This document shows, piece after piece, positions 35,255 to 47,893 of a stretch of DNA of 64,000 nt. The DNA is from Alloascoidea hylecoeti (taxonomy: Eukaryota), in NCBI GenBank assembly GCA_001600815.1, contig BCKZ01000009.1:1-64000 (forward strand), read 5' to 3'. How positions within the stretch are numbered: the stretch's first letter is position 1; each line of letters starts with the position of its first letter. The notes under the pieces are model-generated. The model was not told the origin of the DNA, searched no databases, and saw nothing but the letters and a program-made list of their open reading frames with translations. The translations under genes and the position numbers were made by a program.

Positions 35255-38200
35255 ATGTCTCATACAGATTCTCCTTCCGTGAGAACCGACACTCCGAAAC
35301 AGAAAGGCCACACTCGTTCTAAGTCCTCAACATCTAAAACTTCTAAACCCAATGATTTAATCCGGCTCATTTCGGTATCATTTAAAGAGGCAACTTTGGA
35401 TTCCCCAACTTTCCGAGCATCTGTTAATCATCTTCATGATCAAGTAAATCATATTGAACTATGGATGGATGGTTATATTAAACTATTAAGGAAAATTCCA
35501 AATCAACTTTCTGAAATGCAAGAATTATCAAATGCATTTTTTGATCAAACAAGAAGTCCATATATTGATAATGGTTTATTAGATCAAGATTTTAGTGTTG
35601 TTGCAATTCGATCAAGTTTTGATGATATTCATCAAATTTGTAATGAATTATATCAAACATTACGTATTGATGAATGGGAAATAATTGAACCATTACAACA
35701 ATTATCAAAAAATGAAATTAAAATATATAAAGAAAAACATCGAAATTTTGAATCAATTCAATTAAAATATGATCAAATGTTAGCAAGATATTCATCGCAA
35801 TCAAAAACAAAGGAACCAAGTTCATTAAGAGAAGATGCTTTTCAATTATTTGAAATTAGAAAATTATATACAATGTCTTCTTTAGATTTATGTATTTCAA
35901 TTTCTTTATTATCAAGAACTTTAGATACTCAATTTATTACAATTTTTTCAAATTTTTGGAGACAACATACAAAATCTGATTTATTTAAAGCAAGATCAAA
36001 TTTAAAAGAAACTGAAATAAAAATGGGTAGAATTAGTGCATGGTCGGAAGCATTACACTCATCAATAAAAGGTATTAAAAGAGATATTCTTGCTGCTCGT
36101 AAACAAATTGAAGAAAGTGCAACTGAACAATATACACCATCAAGAGAAATACATGATCATGATCCAACTATTTCAAATGAATCTAAAAATATGAATTTAG
36201 AACCTGGTGAAGAACCACCTTTTGAAAAACATGGCTGGTTATTTATGAAAACAACTGTTGGTAAACCATCGCGTACAATTTGGGTACGTAGATGGGCATT
36301 TGTTAAAAATGGTTTATTTGGTTTATTGATGTTATCTCCAACTAAAACTTATGTTCAAGAAACTGGTAAAATTGGTGTTTTGCTGTGTAATATTAAAATA
36401 TCAAATGATGAAGAAAGAAGATATTGTTTTGAAATGAAAACTAGTGAAAATACTTTAATTTTACAAGCTGAAACATTTCAAGAATTAAGATCTTGGATAA
36501 TTGTAATTAATGCTGAAAAGAAAAGAGCAATTGAATCTGATGATAATAATTCAGAAAATGGTTTATCATTTACAAGGTATCCACCTTTAATTTCGGAATT
36601 TTCTGCAACTGTTAATACATCTGTTGATATTGATTTATCAAGAGAACCAGAAAGTACTTCTGAGGTAAGACGATTAACTTTAAGTGGTAAATCACAAGTC
36701 CCATTACGATTTTTATTAGCAGCTGGTCATCAATTAGTTGACTCTGATGCTTTTGATCATGATAATGATATAAGTTATTCAGTCGATGTGCCACTTTTAA
36801 ATACACCAACAAAAACTGCAATGACAAGAGCTGCTATATTTTCACATGCTTTTTTGACCCCAACGACTGTTCCAACTGCAATGACTGCCAATATTTGGGG
36901 TAGTGTTAATTGGGGATTATATTACTTATTAGATCGTCAGAAGCAACTTGGTGATACAGTTGGAGATAAATCATCTATTTCAAATACTTCACATTATCGC
37001 GATACAAATGAAATGCAAAAATGGGCTATACCGAATATGGAACAGAAACTAGATCAACCTGAAGTAATTGCAGCATCTGTTTATCCTTCTTATTATCCAC
37101 AATATCTTAAAAATTCAGATATTCAATTAAAAGCATTATTTGAAAATGCAGTTGATGCAAATGATAATGAATATGTACTTGTTTCTTTTCCATGCCTTTG
37201 GAGTCCTAATCCAAAACAAGATTTAACTGGTCGTTGTTTTATAACTCCAAATAATCTTTATTTATACATTAATAATATGGGATTTGTATCATTAGCGAAA
37301 AAACCATTGGATGATTTAATAAGTATTGAAGGTCATAGTGAAAAAGATTGGGATGTTTTACAATGTTATGATATTAGTGGATTTATTTTAGTTTGTCGAT
37401 TATTTTTAGATAATGGAAAATTAATCCGAGAACAAGTTGAAATGTTAATAAGTAATAAAGCATCTGATGAACCAAAAGATTTAAAAGGTCTTATTGACAA
37501 TATTGAACATATAAAGAGAAAATTCTCTTCAGATTCAGCAACAATATCAGATAAAAAGGAATTAAATTATGAAGATGATGAAGAATTAATACCTGATGGT
37601 GGTAAATGGTTTGATAATGTTAATAATTTAAAAAAACATAAAACTAAAAATCAAAGTTTAAATTTAAATACAAATATTGATTTAGATTTAGTACCAGCAG
37701 CAGAAATTAATCCTGATGAAGTTGCAAGAGCAAAATCTCAAAAACCAATTAATTTAGATTTTACAAAAGAAATGGATCATATTACTTGTACTGCTGAATT
37801 TAATTTACCATCTCGAGCATTATTTCATATTATATTTGGTGATAGATCACCAGTTTTTAAAAAAACTTATGCATTTACATATCGTTCAAATTATAATCAA
37901 CAACCATGGAAATCAATAAATGGTCATTTAGAAAGAGAATTATCTTATGATGTTTATACAAGATCATTAAATAATCATGGACCAATTACAAGATCAAAAA
38001 TTGCAAATTCAATAAATTATCAAAAAGTTGAAATTAATGTTCAAAATAAATGTTATATTGTTTATGAAAGACGTGCTTCATGGCAATTACCAATTGGTAA
38101 TTCATTTCAATTTATTAATAGATTTGTTATAACTTCTTCTGATAAATTAAGATCAAGATTAACTATTTGGTCAAAAGTTGAATGTGATAAAAATTCAAAT

Positions 38201-39193
38201 TCAATTATTAATAAAATGATTCAAAAAATTGCATTAAAAGTTTTAGAATGTGAAAACGAAAGAATGGCTGAAATTACTGCAACTTGTGCCAAAAAATTAG
38301 GTTCTCATGGTAGAACATTAAAAGCAATTAGATTTTATGGTCATTTAGGTACTGTTGCAACAACAACTTCAAAAAATGATAAAAAAAATGATACTAACAA
38401 TGTTAATGAAAAAGAAAATAATAATGAATTAAGAATTCGAGAAAATAAAGTTGTTATAACAAAAGGATCAATACTTAAAATGTTTTTTGATATACTTTAT
38501 AGTTTTTCAATTACTTTTATATCATCATTTATTAAATTATTTTATGGTGGTATTAAAATTATTTTAAAAAATTTATATTTAAATCGATTCTTAATAATAT
38601 TATTGTTTATCTCAATTTTTTATAATATTTTCTTATCTGGTAAAACATTAACATCATATTGGATTACAAGACAAGCAAATCATATGATGGATAATTTAGA
38701 AGTTAGAAATCCTGATATTATGCAAAGAGCAATTTATTTAGAAGATGTTAAAGAATTAATTAAATCAAATTCAATTGAAGAAATTGATACTATTGATTCA
38801 AAAAGTTCATGTTTTAAAAAATTTCAAAATGAATCATTTTTATCAAATTATGGTGGTTCTGATTTATATTTAGATCAATTTTATGGTGATGAATCAACAA
38901 AAAATGTTTTTAAAGGTCTTAGATCGTCATATAGAGAATTAGGTATTAAAAGAAATGAATTACTTGTTAATATGAGAATAATTAATCAATTGGAAAAAGA
39001 ATTGGCTTTAATGGAATGGAGGAATTGGTTATTAAGTGAAATTAATAAATGTGATTTTGTTAAAGAAGATATATTAAATGATTATATTGTGGCAAAAGGT
39101 GATAAAAGAGGAAGTGTCGTTAGTAACAAACTTTTACAATATTGTAGGAGTTGTGAACAGGAATATAACTTTATCATGGAGGATCCAATATAA
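35255..39193 (+). CDS. SIP3: Sip3/Ysp1 (Lam1/Lam3) BAR-PH-StART-like membrane contact-site protein, 1312 aa
   Basis: LISVSFKEATLDSPTFRASVNH, KEPSSLREDAFQLFE, PH domain (EKHGWLFMKTTVGKPSRTIWVRRW), TANIWGSVNWG, VASt-like LFHIIFGDRSPVF, late TM segment. Confidence 0.93.
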   Translation: MSHTDSPSVRTDTPKQKGHTRSKSSTSKTSKPNDLIRLISVSFKEATLDSPTFRASVNHLHDQVNHIELWMDGYIKLLRKIPNQLSEMQELSNAFFDQTRSPYIDNGLLDQDFSVVAIRSSFDDIHQICNELYQTLRIDEWEIIEPLQQLSKNEIKIYKEKHRNFESIQLKYDQMLARYSSQSKTKEPSSLREDAFQLFEIRKLYTMSSLDLCISISLLSRTLDTQFITIFSNFWRQHTKSDLFKARSNLKETEIKMGRISAWSEALHSSIKGIKRDILAARKQIEESATEQYTPSREIHDHDPTISNESKNMNLEPGEEPPFEKHGWLFMKTTVGKPSRTIWVRRWAFVKNGLFGLLMLSPTKTYVQETGKIGVLLCNIKISNDEERRYCFEMKTSENTLILQAETFQELRSWIIVINAEKKRAIESDDNNSENGLSFTRYPPLISEFSATVNTSVDIDLSREPESTSEVRRLTLSGKSQVPLRFLLAAGHQLVDSDAFDHDNDISYSVDVPLLNTPTKTAMTRAAIFSHAFLTPTTVPTAMTANIWGSVNWGLYYLLDRQKQLGDTVGDKSSISNTSHYRDTNEMQKWAIPNMEQKLDQPEVIAASVYPSYYPQYLKNSDIQLKALFENAVDANDNEYVLVSFPCLWSPNPKQDLTGRCFITPNNLYLYINNMGFVSLAKKPLDDLISIEGHSEKDWDVLQCYDISGFILVCRLFLDNGKLIREQVEMLISNKASDEPKDLKGLIDNIEHIKRKFSSDSATISDKKELNYEDDEELIPDGGKWFDNVNNLKKHKTKNQSLNLNTNIDLDLVPAAEINPDEVARAKSQKPINLDFTKEMDHITCTAEFNLPSRALFHIIFGDRSPVFKKTYAFTYRSNYNQQPWKSINGHLERELSYDVYTRSLNNHGPITRSKIANSINYQKVEINVQNKCYIVYERRASWQLPIGNSFQFINRFVITSSDKLRSRLTIWSKVECDKNSNSIINKMIQKIALKVLECENERMAEITATCAKKLGSHGRTLKAIRFYGHLGTVATTTSKNDKKNDTNNVNEKENNNELRIRENKVVITKGSILKMFFDILYSFSITFISSFIKLFYGGIKIILKNLYLNRFLIILLFISIFYNIFLSGKTLTSYWITRQANHMMDNLEVRNPDIMQRAIYLEDVKELIKSNSIEEIDTIDSKSSCFKKFQNESFLSNYGGSDLYLDQFYGDESTKNVFKGLRSSYRELGIKRNELLVNMRIINQLEKELALMEWRNWLLSEINKCDFVKEDILNDYIVAKGDKRGSVVSNKLLQYCRSCEQEYNFIMEDPI

Positions 39194-41104
39194 TCACAGG
39201 CTATTATATGAAGGATTTAATGGAAGACCATATATCCTTAGCTTAAACGCTTAGATAATTGAAGAGTAAAATATTTTTTTACATAAGATACTGCTTAAGA
39301 TATTTTGTTACCGTTGGAATCCTTTTTTTCTAATTTTTGTAAATATCAAGCTAATTATTATAACCTATAGGGGCCTATATTATATTACTTTTATCAATAT
39401 TATTTTAGTAAGTTTATACATTTGGATTAGAGGACTCGCCATTTTTACACAAAATCTGAAAAGATGTGGTATTAGACCTTCTAGAGAGTTCTTCGAATTC
39501 ATATTTGGTTAAGTTATTGATTTTTATTAAGCTAATTTCAATCACTATGCCCAGTGGGCACTAATGTTGGCAACATGGCATGGATAGTACTAAACACAAA
39601 TAAGTATTTTAATATTTTAAAAGCCAATTTCTCGAAATCGTTTCATTACAATTTCTGGAAATAATAAAGATTGAAATAAGAGCATTCACATATAAGATGT
39701 AACATCAAAGCTGTCCGAAATTTAGTTGCGTAAGTGACTGATAATTTGTAGTCATAATATCCGAAATTAAGTGGAATCGCTATTTGTTGAAACAGATGTG
39801 AAAAAAAGTAAATATATGAAGATACAAACCATATCAAAAAGAAAACAATAACTCTCAAGAATTTCTCGATAGTCGAAAATTCAATAATTAGTAACTCAAC
39901 CGGGTTTGCATGCCCTATATACATGTAATTTCATCAAAAGAACCAACAACACATGCTATTACACAGTGTCGATTGCTATTGTTTTAAATATTCCAAGTTT
40001 TTGGTGTTCCTCATTTATGGAACATGAGGCACCAGAATCTAATATAGATCCCCAACTCATATCCCAATAATTTTAATGGTTCCAAATCATGTCATTTTGC
40101 TTTGTGATATTTTCAGTGATGAGATGACCATTAATATTTATGTTGTCATGTATATGATGATTTGCCTTTTCTTCAGAAAGTTTTTTTTAAAGATCGTGTC
40201 TAGAACCAATGCAGAAGATTAATTACTCAATAAATACTTAGAGATTAAAATAACTATATTCTGATTTTAAAACTCTTCTCAATTCCATTATTAAGGAAAT
40301 GATGCTTTTTCAGTAGATGCTTTCATTACAAATGGATGCGTTGATTTGATCTTACAGATATTTTTGATTGTAAGAGTTGGTTCTTTTACTAACTTTTCTT
40401 AATCGAACTCTACAATATTTAAGGTCATAGTCAGGTGTAAGTATATTTACAAAGTATTGGCCTACACATTATAGAAGATGATAAAAAAAATTTGTACTAA
40501 TCCTTTTGTACATTTAAATTCGATCTTCTTACAGGTTCCACTTTTAAAGAAAAGAATGAATTGAAATCTTATAAGTATTCTTTAAAATAGTCTATCTAGT
40601 GGAAATTTAAAAGGAGAAGACAGGATTAAACGGTTTGATGCTTGGAAATTTTCAACTTCTAATTCATGTGGGAACCACTTATTAGTTTATGGTATTTCAT
40701 TAAGGTTGAAAGAGAATCAGCGATTGTTTTTGAAGAATCTCTTGATTATGAAGTTCAAGTAGAATAATAAAATTGAAATTCAATATCATTTAAGAAGATC
40801 AAAAATTTATTAATTTTACTTTATTTGTTTATTTAATATAGAATTTGCATTTGAATATATACCGGGTAGACTATACCAATCTAAATATTATAAGAGGCAC
40901 ATCATATAATTATAAATTTTAAAGGGTGAAATCATTAGGTTTAAATTTAGCCGTTGGTAAAAAAAATGAAAATGTAAGATGTTGGTATCACTCTTAGAAC
41001 AGTTCACAAAAAGTCGATTGGCTATGTATAATTTAAATAAATAAAAAAGCTCCAAAGTATTATTCCAGCCATGGGTATGTTCATTAGATTTTAGTTCTTT
41101 CGGA

Positions 41105-42025
41105 ATTAAGCTATAGCTGATTAATCTGATAATTTATAAAAAGACTGTTCTTTAAAGATTGAATATAATCTAATATATATCAGCTTTGGTCAGCCATTGT
41201 ATTGGCTTATTGTTGGACAATGAACCAGCTACAGTGGAAGCGCTTTTCAGTCTAAAAACGTCGATTTTGCGTTAAGTTTTTTCAATAATGCCGTTCAATT
41301 GTTGTTTCTCATTGAAATTTTGAATAATACAAACTTTAGAATTTATCTCTTATTTAATTCTTTTTGTTCATTAGACTTTTATGTTCCTTCATTATACTTT
41401 TCATATAATTCCTGAATGTTCTCTTGCGCTTTTTTTTCATGTTGAGCAAGAACAAGTTCATCTTTAGCTTTATCTTTGAAGTTGAAGCTTTTCAGCTTTG
41501 CCTAAATTTTTCTCCGGCCTATTTGGACGTTTCTGGGTTGAAAATCTATGTATGAAGCGCTTCCACTGTAGGTGATTCATTAAACTTCATTATCCAGCAA
41601 TATGACAATATGATCTCGAAATATAAAAGGTGTAATAACACCCACCGTTCATTTCTATCGTTGTATTATTTAACGTCAAAAATGGAAAATAAAAATTTAA
41701 ACAGATGAAAAACTTCAACTTCAACTTGCAGAATACAAGGAAAAGGATATAGCTAAAGATGCTCAACATGAAAAAGAGAGTAAAGTGTAAAAGAAATTTC
41801 AAGAATTTACATGAAAAATGAAGAAGAAAAGATTAATGAACAAAAAGAATTAAAAAAAATTCTCTGAGAACATGCTAAAGACAAACTTCTTATTCAAAAT
41901 TTCAATGAGAAACAATATTGAAAAAACTCAGCAAGAAAAACAATGTTTCCAAGGGCATATATCAAAACTCTTGAAGAGGAAAATTGTGGCCGACCAAGCT
42001 AATATGGCCTTTAGCTAGCTTAATA
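41105..42025. repeat. Diverged inverted pair of decayed coiled-coil-like coding remnants (about 41105-41500 minus; about 41700-42025 plus)
   Basis: Reverse-complement blocks in matching order: cttcaacttcaa, gctcaacatgaaaaa, taatgaacaaaaagaattaaa, tattcaaaatttcaatgagaaacaa, tggc.gaccaa. Confidence 0.8.
41232..41568. mobile_element. Possible Tc1/pogo-type MITE-like element (TA|CAGTGGAAGCGCTT ... AAGCGCTTCCACTG|TA)
   Basis: Perfect 17-bp inverted repeat at 41229-41245 / 41555-41571, extending to 25/27 bp. CAGTG ends flanked by TA. Confidence 0.4.
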
Positions 42026-42375
42026 AAAATCAATAAACCAAAAATGAAGAATTCCCTCGAATCATATCATATATCATCAGGTTCTCAATTCGTACTTGTT
42101 TTTAGATTAAAGTTTTCACTTGAGTACTCTTCCGAATAAATGATAGTGTATAAAGCAAACGAGAGGAATACAGTGAGAAGATAAACTATGGACCCTAACT
42201 TTCAATTAAATACTTGCCATATATATCCGAGAAAAACGTAGATACTAGTATGTATCGAAATCCCGTAAGTTTTGTTTGTGCTATCCCGGGTGTTGATCTT
42301 GCCTAACACGTGATCAAACAATTCTTTATCATTCATTTTAATTCACCTCCACAATATTTGCCATAGATAATTAAA

Positions 42376-42858
42376 ATGTCAGATATTGCTTCACTTGTGT
42401 GTTTTACGTTTTTATGCCTTTAATAGCTTTTACTAACAATGGTTTTTGTTTATTTTTAGAGTGTTTCCTTATTAAATGATCTTTTAGAACCTATAATACA
42501 TGAAATTACAACACAAGTATTATTACAAGAACAAATTTTACGTTATAAATATGGAAAATCAAATCCAATACCAATACCAATATCGAATAAAAATTTAAAT
42601 AAGAATGGAAATAAGAATGGAAATAAAAATGGTAATTCAAATTCAAATAATAAAAAAAAAGGGACAGAAATTTTAATAAATGATAGAATTAATTTTGATA
42701 GTTTTAATACAAAACAAATATTTGAAAAAAAAAATGATGTTACTTATTTTCAATGTGATCATTGTAAAAGAAGAATTGCTGGGACTAGATTTGCTAATCA
42801 TTTGGAGAGATGTTTGGGTAGGAGTCGAGGGAATAATAGGGAACATACGGCAGAATAG
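42376..42858 (+). CDS. SGF11: SAGA DUB-module subunit Sgf11; exons 42376-42396 and 42460-42858
   Basis: N-terminal helix SLLNDLLEPIIHEI; zinc finger YFQCDHCKRRIAGTRFANHLERCLGR. Intron GTGTGT..TACTAAC..TAG. Missed by the ORF track. Confidence 0.9.
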
Positions 42859-44095
42859 AATAACCAGTTCTGTTTAGCTAGAAATCTTTTGGCTCATATT
42901 CTGGTTAGTTATAAATTAGAACTATGATTTGAGAAGATTTCTTAGGTTGGATCACATTTATCATATATCAAATGGAATGATTCAACGTTTTTCCGGGTGA
43001 TTCTAGTATTAATATTACTACTGATGTTTATGAACCATATTCTAATGAAGGTTAAAATCTTAAGGATATATAATTTACAATCGGAATTTAAATGTATTTT
43101 TATATATGTTTAGGATTAATTTATAATTGAATTTCGAACGATTATAATCAATTATTTTTGAATTATTGTTGAATTATTGCTATTTATTTCAGTTTTCTTA
43201 ACGAACCTACGATAGACGATGCTCCACATTATCCGAGGTCTTGAAATTTATGAAACTTGATTGATAAGTGTTTCAAATTTCAACTTTCGGACCTTAATAC
43301 ACATACAATAAAAGGACTCCATGAAACAGAGGTTTATTTCAACATGAGACATTGCAATATAGTGCAACAATGATTCAATTAAACTGGACTTTCAAATGAT
43401 TGGGCCAATATCCACCAAAAGCGTGCCCAACAACGTTGTATCAACCAATTTATAAAGAAAAGATACATTTATAATCCTGCCAATTTAATCAGTTTCCAAG
43501 CGGAATGAAAAAACTCATAAATAATGAGCTGATCCTATACGACCAGAGGTGTTTAATATGATATGTAATCCAACCATCACCATAACATGTCGTACTTCCA
43601 AAACTCCCTAAAGCTTTAATATTAACTTCCGGGAAATTAACATTTCATAAAGTTAAGTCGTTCACCATCTTTTATCGGGATAATTTAAGGGACATCTTTT
43701 AATATAGAGTTCATCATTTTCTGTAGATGATAGTAAATGTAATTATTATATTGGCTAACGAGACTTGAATGTTTGACTCTACCATTCCTTTTGAGACTGA
43801 TATAATTTTGTGTGTCTGGGTTTAAAGGATCATTCCGTAACCCGATTACAGGTACCTGTTATTGAGTAGCGAAGCTTGTAAGTGATCTGCACATTCTTAT
43901 CTTTTCTGGAGAAGTGTTCAGTTCATTTAATTTTATCATAAAACATATTTAATTGGTGTCACGGCAAACGATCATAACGGCAGGTCAAACCGTGGTTAAT
44001 CTTATAATTACATAAATTCCTATATATTCTTACATAATCAAAATTTGTATGCTTAATTATAGGTCGTAAAAAGACAACATCCTCAGTACATATTT

Positions 44096-44971
44096 ATGAA
44101 TTCGACAATCGACGAGGAGTTTGCTTCGCTCCTGTTGCCTGTTTTGGACAACCCACACCCTGAATCTGATAGAAACAATAACAGTGTTGTAGATGAGATT
44201 CTCGGTTTAACAAGCGACGATTATCGGTTATATTTAGGAGAAGATCCTCATTCAAATGATAATATTAATGGTATCGGTATAGATGGTCCAAAATTCTTTC
44301 ATTATCAGAATTTGATACCTGCTGAAGCATCTTTTATGGATTCTACTCAAATGTTCCCCGTTAAACGTCAAATGCAAGGAGAAAATATTAACGTTCAAAT
44401 TGGTAATTCAACTTCAAATTTAAGTATAAATTCAAATCCAAATTTAACTACAAATTCAAATTTAAATACAACAAATACAAATTTAGATAATAGTATTACT
44501 AATCCAAATGATTATTCAAATTATTTAAATTTTATGCCTCAAGAAAACATTTCTACTCTAAAAACAAATTCAGGTCATGACGTAATTATCAATATGTCTG
44601 GAAAAATCGATGGTAGATTCTTTTTAGCGAAAGTTCCATCATCTCAATTACAAAATAAACCTCAATCATCATCATCATCATCAAATATAGATTCAAATCA
44701 AGAATTAAAACATCATCTAGCATGTTATAGACGAAATTTCATACAAGTTATTTCAAATATATCATTTTCATTATTACCATCAAGATTAATTGATTCAAAT
44801 CAATTTGATCAATATGATATTGTTGGTTTTCGATTATCCGTTTTTGGTACTCATAATTTTTCATCAGAAAAAATGGATTTATTATATTTCCCATTTGGTC
44901 CTGATGAAAATATCCATAACGCATCTTTAGTCCCATCAAATTCAAATTCAACTTCAACACCAAATTCAAAT

Positions 44972-45035
<64 letters not shown>

Positions 45036-46183
45036 GTATGGGTAGAAAAACAACATTAGTTCCAACTCCATATGATATGTTATCATTTAAAGGTGAAAAA
45101 ATCTTTGATTGGAAAAGATTACAATTTAAATCAGCAACTGCAAATAATGGTAGAAAAAATATATTTCAACAATATTATTCATTAACTGTTACATTAGATG
45201 CATTAACATCAAATGGTATATTGATACCTGTTTCAAGAATGAAATCAAGGCCAATTGTTGTAAGAGGTAGAAATCCAAGTTTTTATATTGAAAGAGATGA
45301 AATTTTAATTACTGGAAATTTAAATAAAAATAATAATAATAATGGAAATAATACTATAACACATGAAAGCTTTGCAAAAAGGACAATAAAAGCATCTGAA
45401 AGAAGAAAAAAATTAGGTAATATGTATCAAAACAATAGGAAAAGTTTAACTCCTGTTGGAAGTTCTCCAAGTATAAGTAGTGTTAAATCTGAACCAATTA
45501 TGAAACAATCATTATCACCTATCATGAAGATTGAAAATTTAGATACATCATCACCATCTGAAATTTTTTTAAATAGAACATCAACATCAACGATATTACC
45601 TCCATTATTAAAACAAGAAAATAAAGATGATAATATGCAAGCTATTCCAAGTTCTCCAATTGATTGTCCTTTAAAATTAAGAAATCAATCGATATCATTC
45701 GATTCTGAAAATCAATCACCTGGACCTTCAAGATCCCAAATATCCAAACTCCAATCACAACATTCCAATAACTTGAATATACAATCTACCTCATCATCAA
45801 AAATATTAAATCGAAATGAAAAAAAACATAAACATAAACATGAAAATCCATTAAAAACAAATAAATATGAATATATTCCATTAATTTCATCATATTATTT
45901 ACCACCAGTTGAAGTTGTTTATTTCCCTCATGGTGCTCATCATCCATCACAATCATTATCAGCACGTAAAAGAAGAGCAAATTTATTAAAAAGTCATAGA
46001 AATTCAAATAAAAATAATCAACAGGATATTTCATTACAACCAAATCAAACAAATTTAAATGATGATAATCAAAATAATGAAGTTAAAAAACCAATTGTTA
46101 TTGACTATAATTATAATTATAGTAAGTATAGACAAATGGTTGATATGAAAAAAGTTCATTATAATTATTTTTTACCACAGTGA
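44096..46183 (+). CDS. Ndt80/PhoG-family transcription factor, probably Rep1/Ron1-like, 695 aa
   Basis: CYRRNFIQV, WKRLQFKSATANNGRK..QQYY, SRPIVVRGRNP, and a C-terminal block YEYIPL..YYLPPVEVVYFPH. Confidence 0.9.
44975..45031 (+). repeat. (AAT)19 microsatellite encoding poly-Asn inside the Ndt80 DNA-binding domain
   Basis: Perfect trinucleotide run. Confidence 0.95.
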
Positions 46184-47893
46184 ATATAAATAAAATGAGA
46201 TAGACGTTTTTCAAAAGTTCAAAAAAGGCATATTTGGAATTTAATTTAAGTATTGTATAAAGCCATGGTTGGATGTATATGGTTATAATGTTTTATCTAT
46301 ATTGTTTTTGTTTTGCTTCTTCTGTATGAATTTGTTTATTTGTTATTATTTCTGAGTTTTAAGTATTTTTATAAATATCTATTTTTTCCCTTAAGCTTCG
46401 TCGTTCTATATTTAATATTATGTTAGATATAGATAGATAGAGTATTTAGACTTTCTTTCAAGCCATACTATTTTATTAGAGAAGGAAAAAAAAGATACTT
46501 GTATATTCTATATTTATTAATATTTACTATAATAATGGTTCTTTTCATTTACATTGTGTGTGTACGTAATATGTATTCTTTTTATCATTATCAAATATCA
46601 TAACTAACAGCTGGTTATGTTCATTGTTGACCTGTTGACTTATAATATGTTTAAATTTATCTCTATCTAATTAAGTATGGATTAAAAGTTCTCTGAAGAT
46701 ATTTCATTAAGTGGAAAATATTGGTTTATAACAAATAAGTATATGTTGTTCACTTTAATATTAATTGGTATCACCTCTAGCTGTAAATCTAAAAGATATA
46801 CAAATGCACATGTGTACTTTGTTCAACCTCACCAATATACGATGTTTTATTCTAATTCGGGTATAATTATAAATATTAATATTATAATGAAAAATATTAC
46901 TTTTCATTTATGTCTCATGTATATGCCTTCGGAGAGTAAGAAACAGAAATGAAGGACATGATTCCTTACTCACTGTTTTACTTAAGGATCATAATCTTAA
47001 ACTCGTTTACGAATTTCACTTATGATAGTTTATACATCATGTTTAATGATCGATGGAAAGAGGATACTCGGATTCAAAACTCTGATAACGATAATATATA
47101 ATCTTGAAGAATTCTCTACGACAATATGAGTTTAGTTTAATAGGTTAACCTACCACTACATTTTTTAATAGTTCGTTCACCACCTTCGGAATTCGAGATA
47201 TAATTTTGAAGGAGATCAATTGTGATTCCTGAAATTGATCCAGTTTCTTTTCTCTGCTCTGTAGTTTTATAAGAGCAGGTTCATTTTTACCGTTTTTTCT
47301 TCACCCTTCTTAATTGACAGATCCGGACTATAAGATATTATGAAGTAATTGAGATGGAATGCCACTAAAGTTTCTGGTATTTATACTTCTATTTCATTTT
47401 GATTTCACTTCAAATCCAAATAATGGTTGTTTCATATAAGCTGCGAATATTCATACTAATATAGAGAGGAGATTTGGACCTTTATTTTCTTCCATACAAA
47501 ATATTTTCTTATTTAACAAAATGCTGTAACTGAATTGATATGTAAGAGGTTCATTAATTAAATGCTTCTGTATATTATTTATATATCTATGGTATCAGAT
47601 AGTAACTGGTAATTGAGGTGGGCGAATATCTAGTCCAATGAATCGTCGAATATTTCATGTAGTCGCAATTAAGTGGAAACGCTGAATAGGCACCTTAAAT
47701 TTATTAATTATAATAATACCCTAAAAGAGTGAAACAATTTTTATTCCTAAGTTATTGACATCAATTGTTGATTAGTAATGGATTAAAAATAGATTGAAAA
47801 ACAAATACATGTATAAAAAACGAGATCTTCATCATTAATTTATATTAACATTAATTATAACAAAAAGCACAACAAATATATAAAAAAAATAAA

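Noticed and set aside
36383..36385. Possible CUG-Ser/Ala alternative genetic code
   Set aside because: CTG falls in the conserved Sip3 motif IGVLLC and at hydrophobic positions in YTM1 and TGL3, consistent with Leu. Only a few codons were inspected.
40290..40765. Intron-like signals (GTAAG, TACTAAC/TACTAAT, CAG) suggesting a spliced gene
   Set aside because: No continuous reading frame could be assembled; at most a decayed gene.
42680..42877. 65-aa ORF in the track
   Set aside because: Wrong frame overlapping the real SGF11 exon 2.
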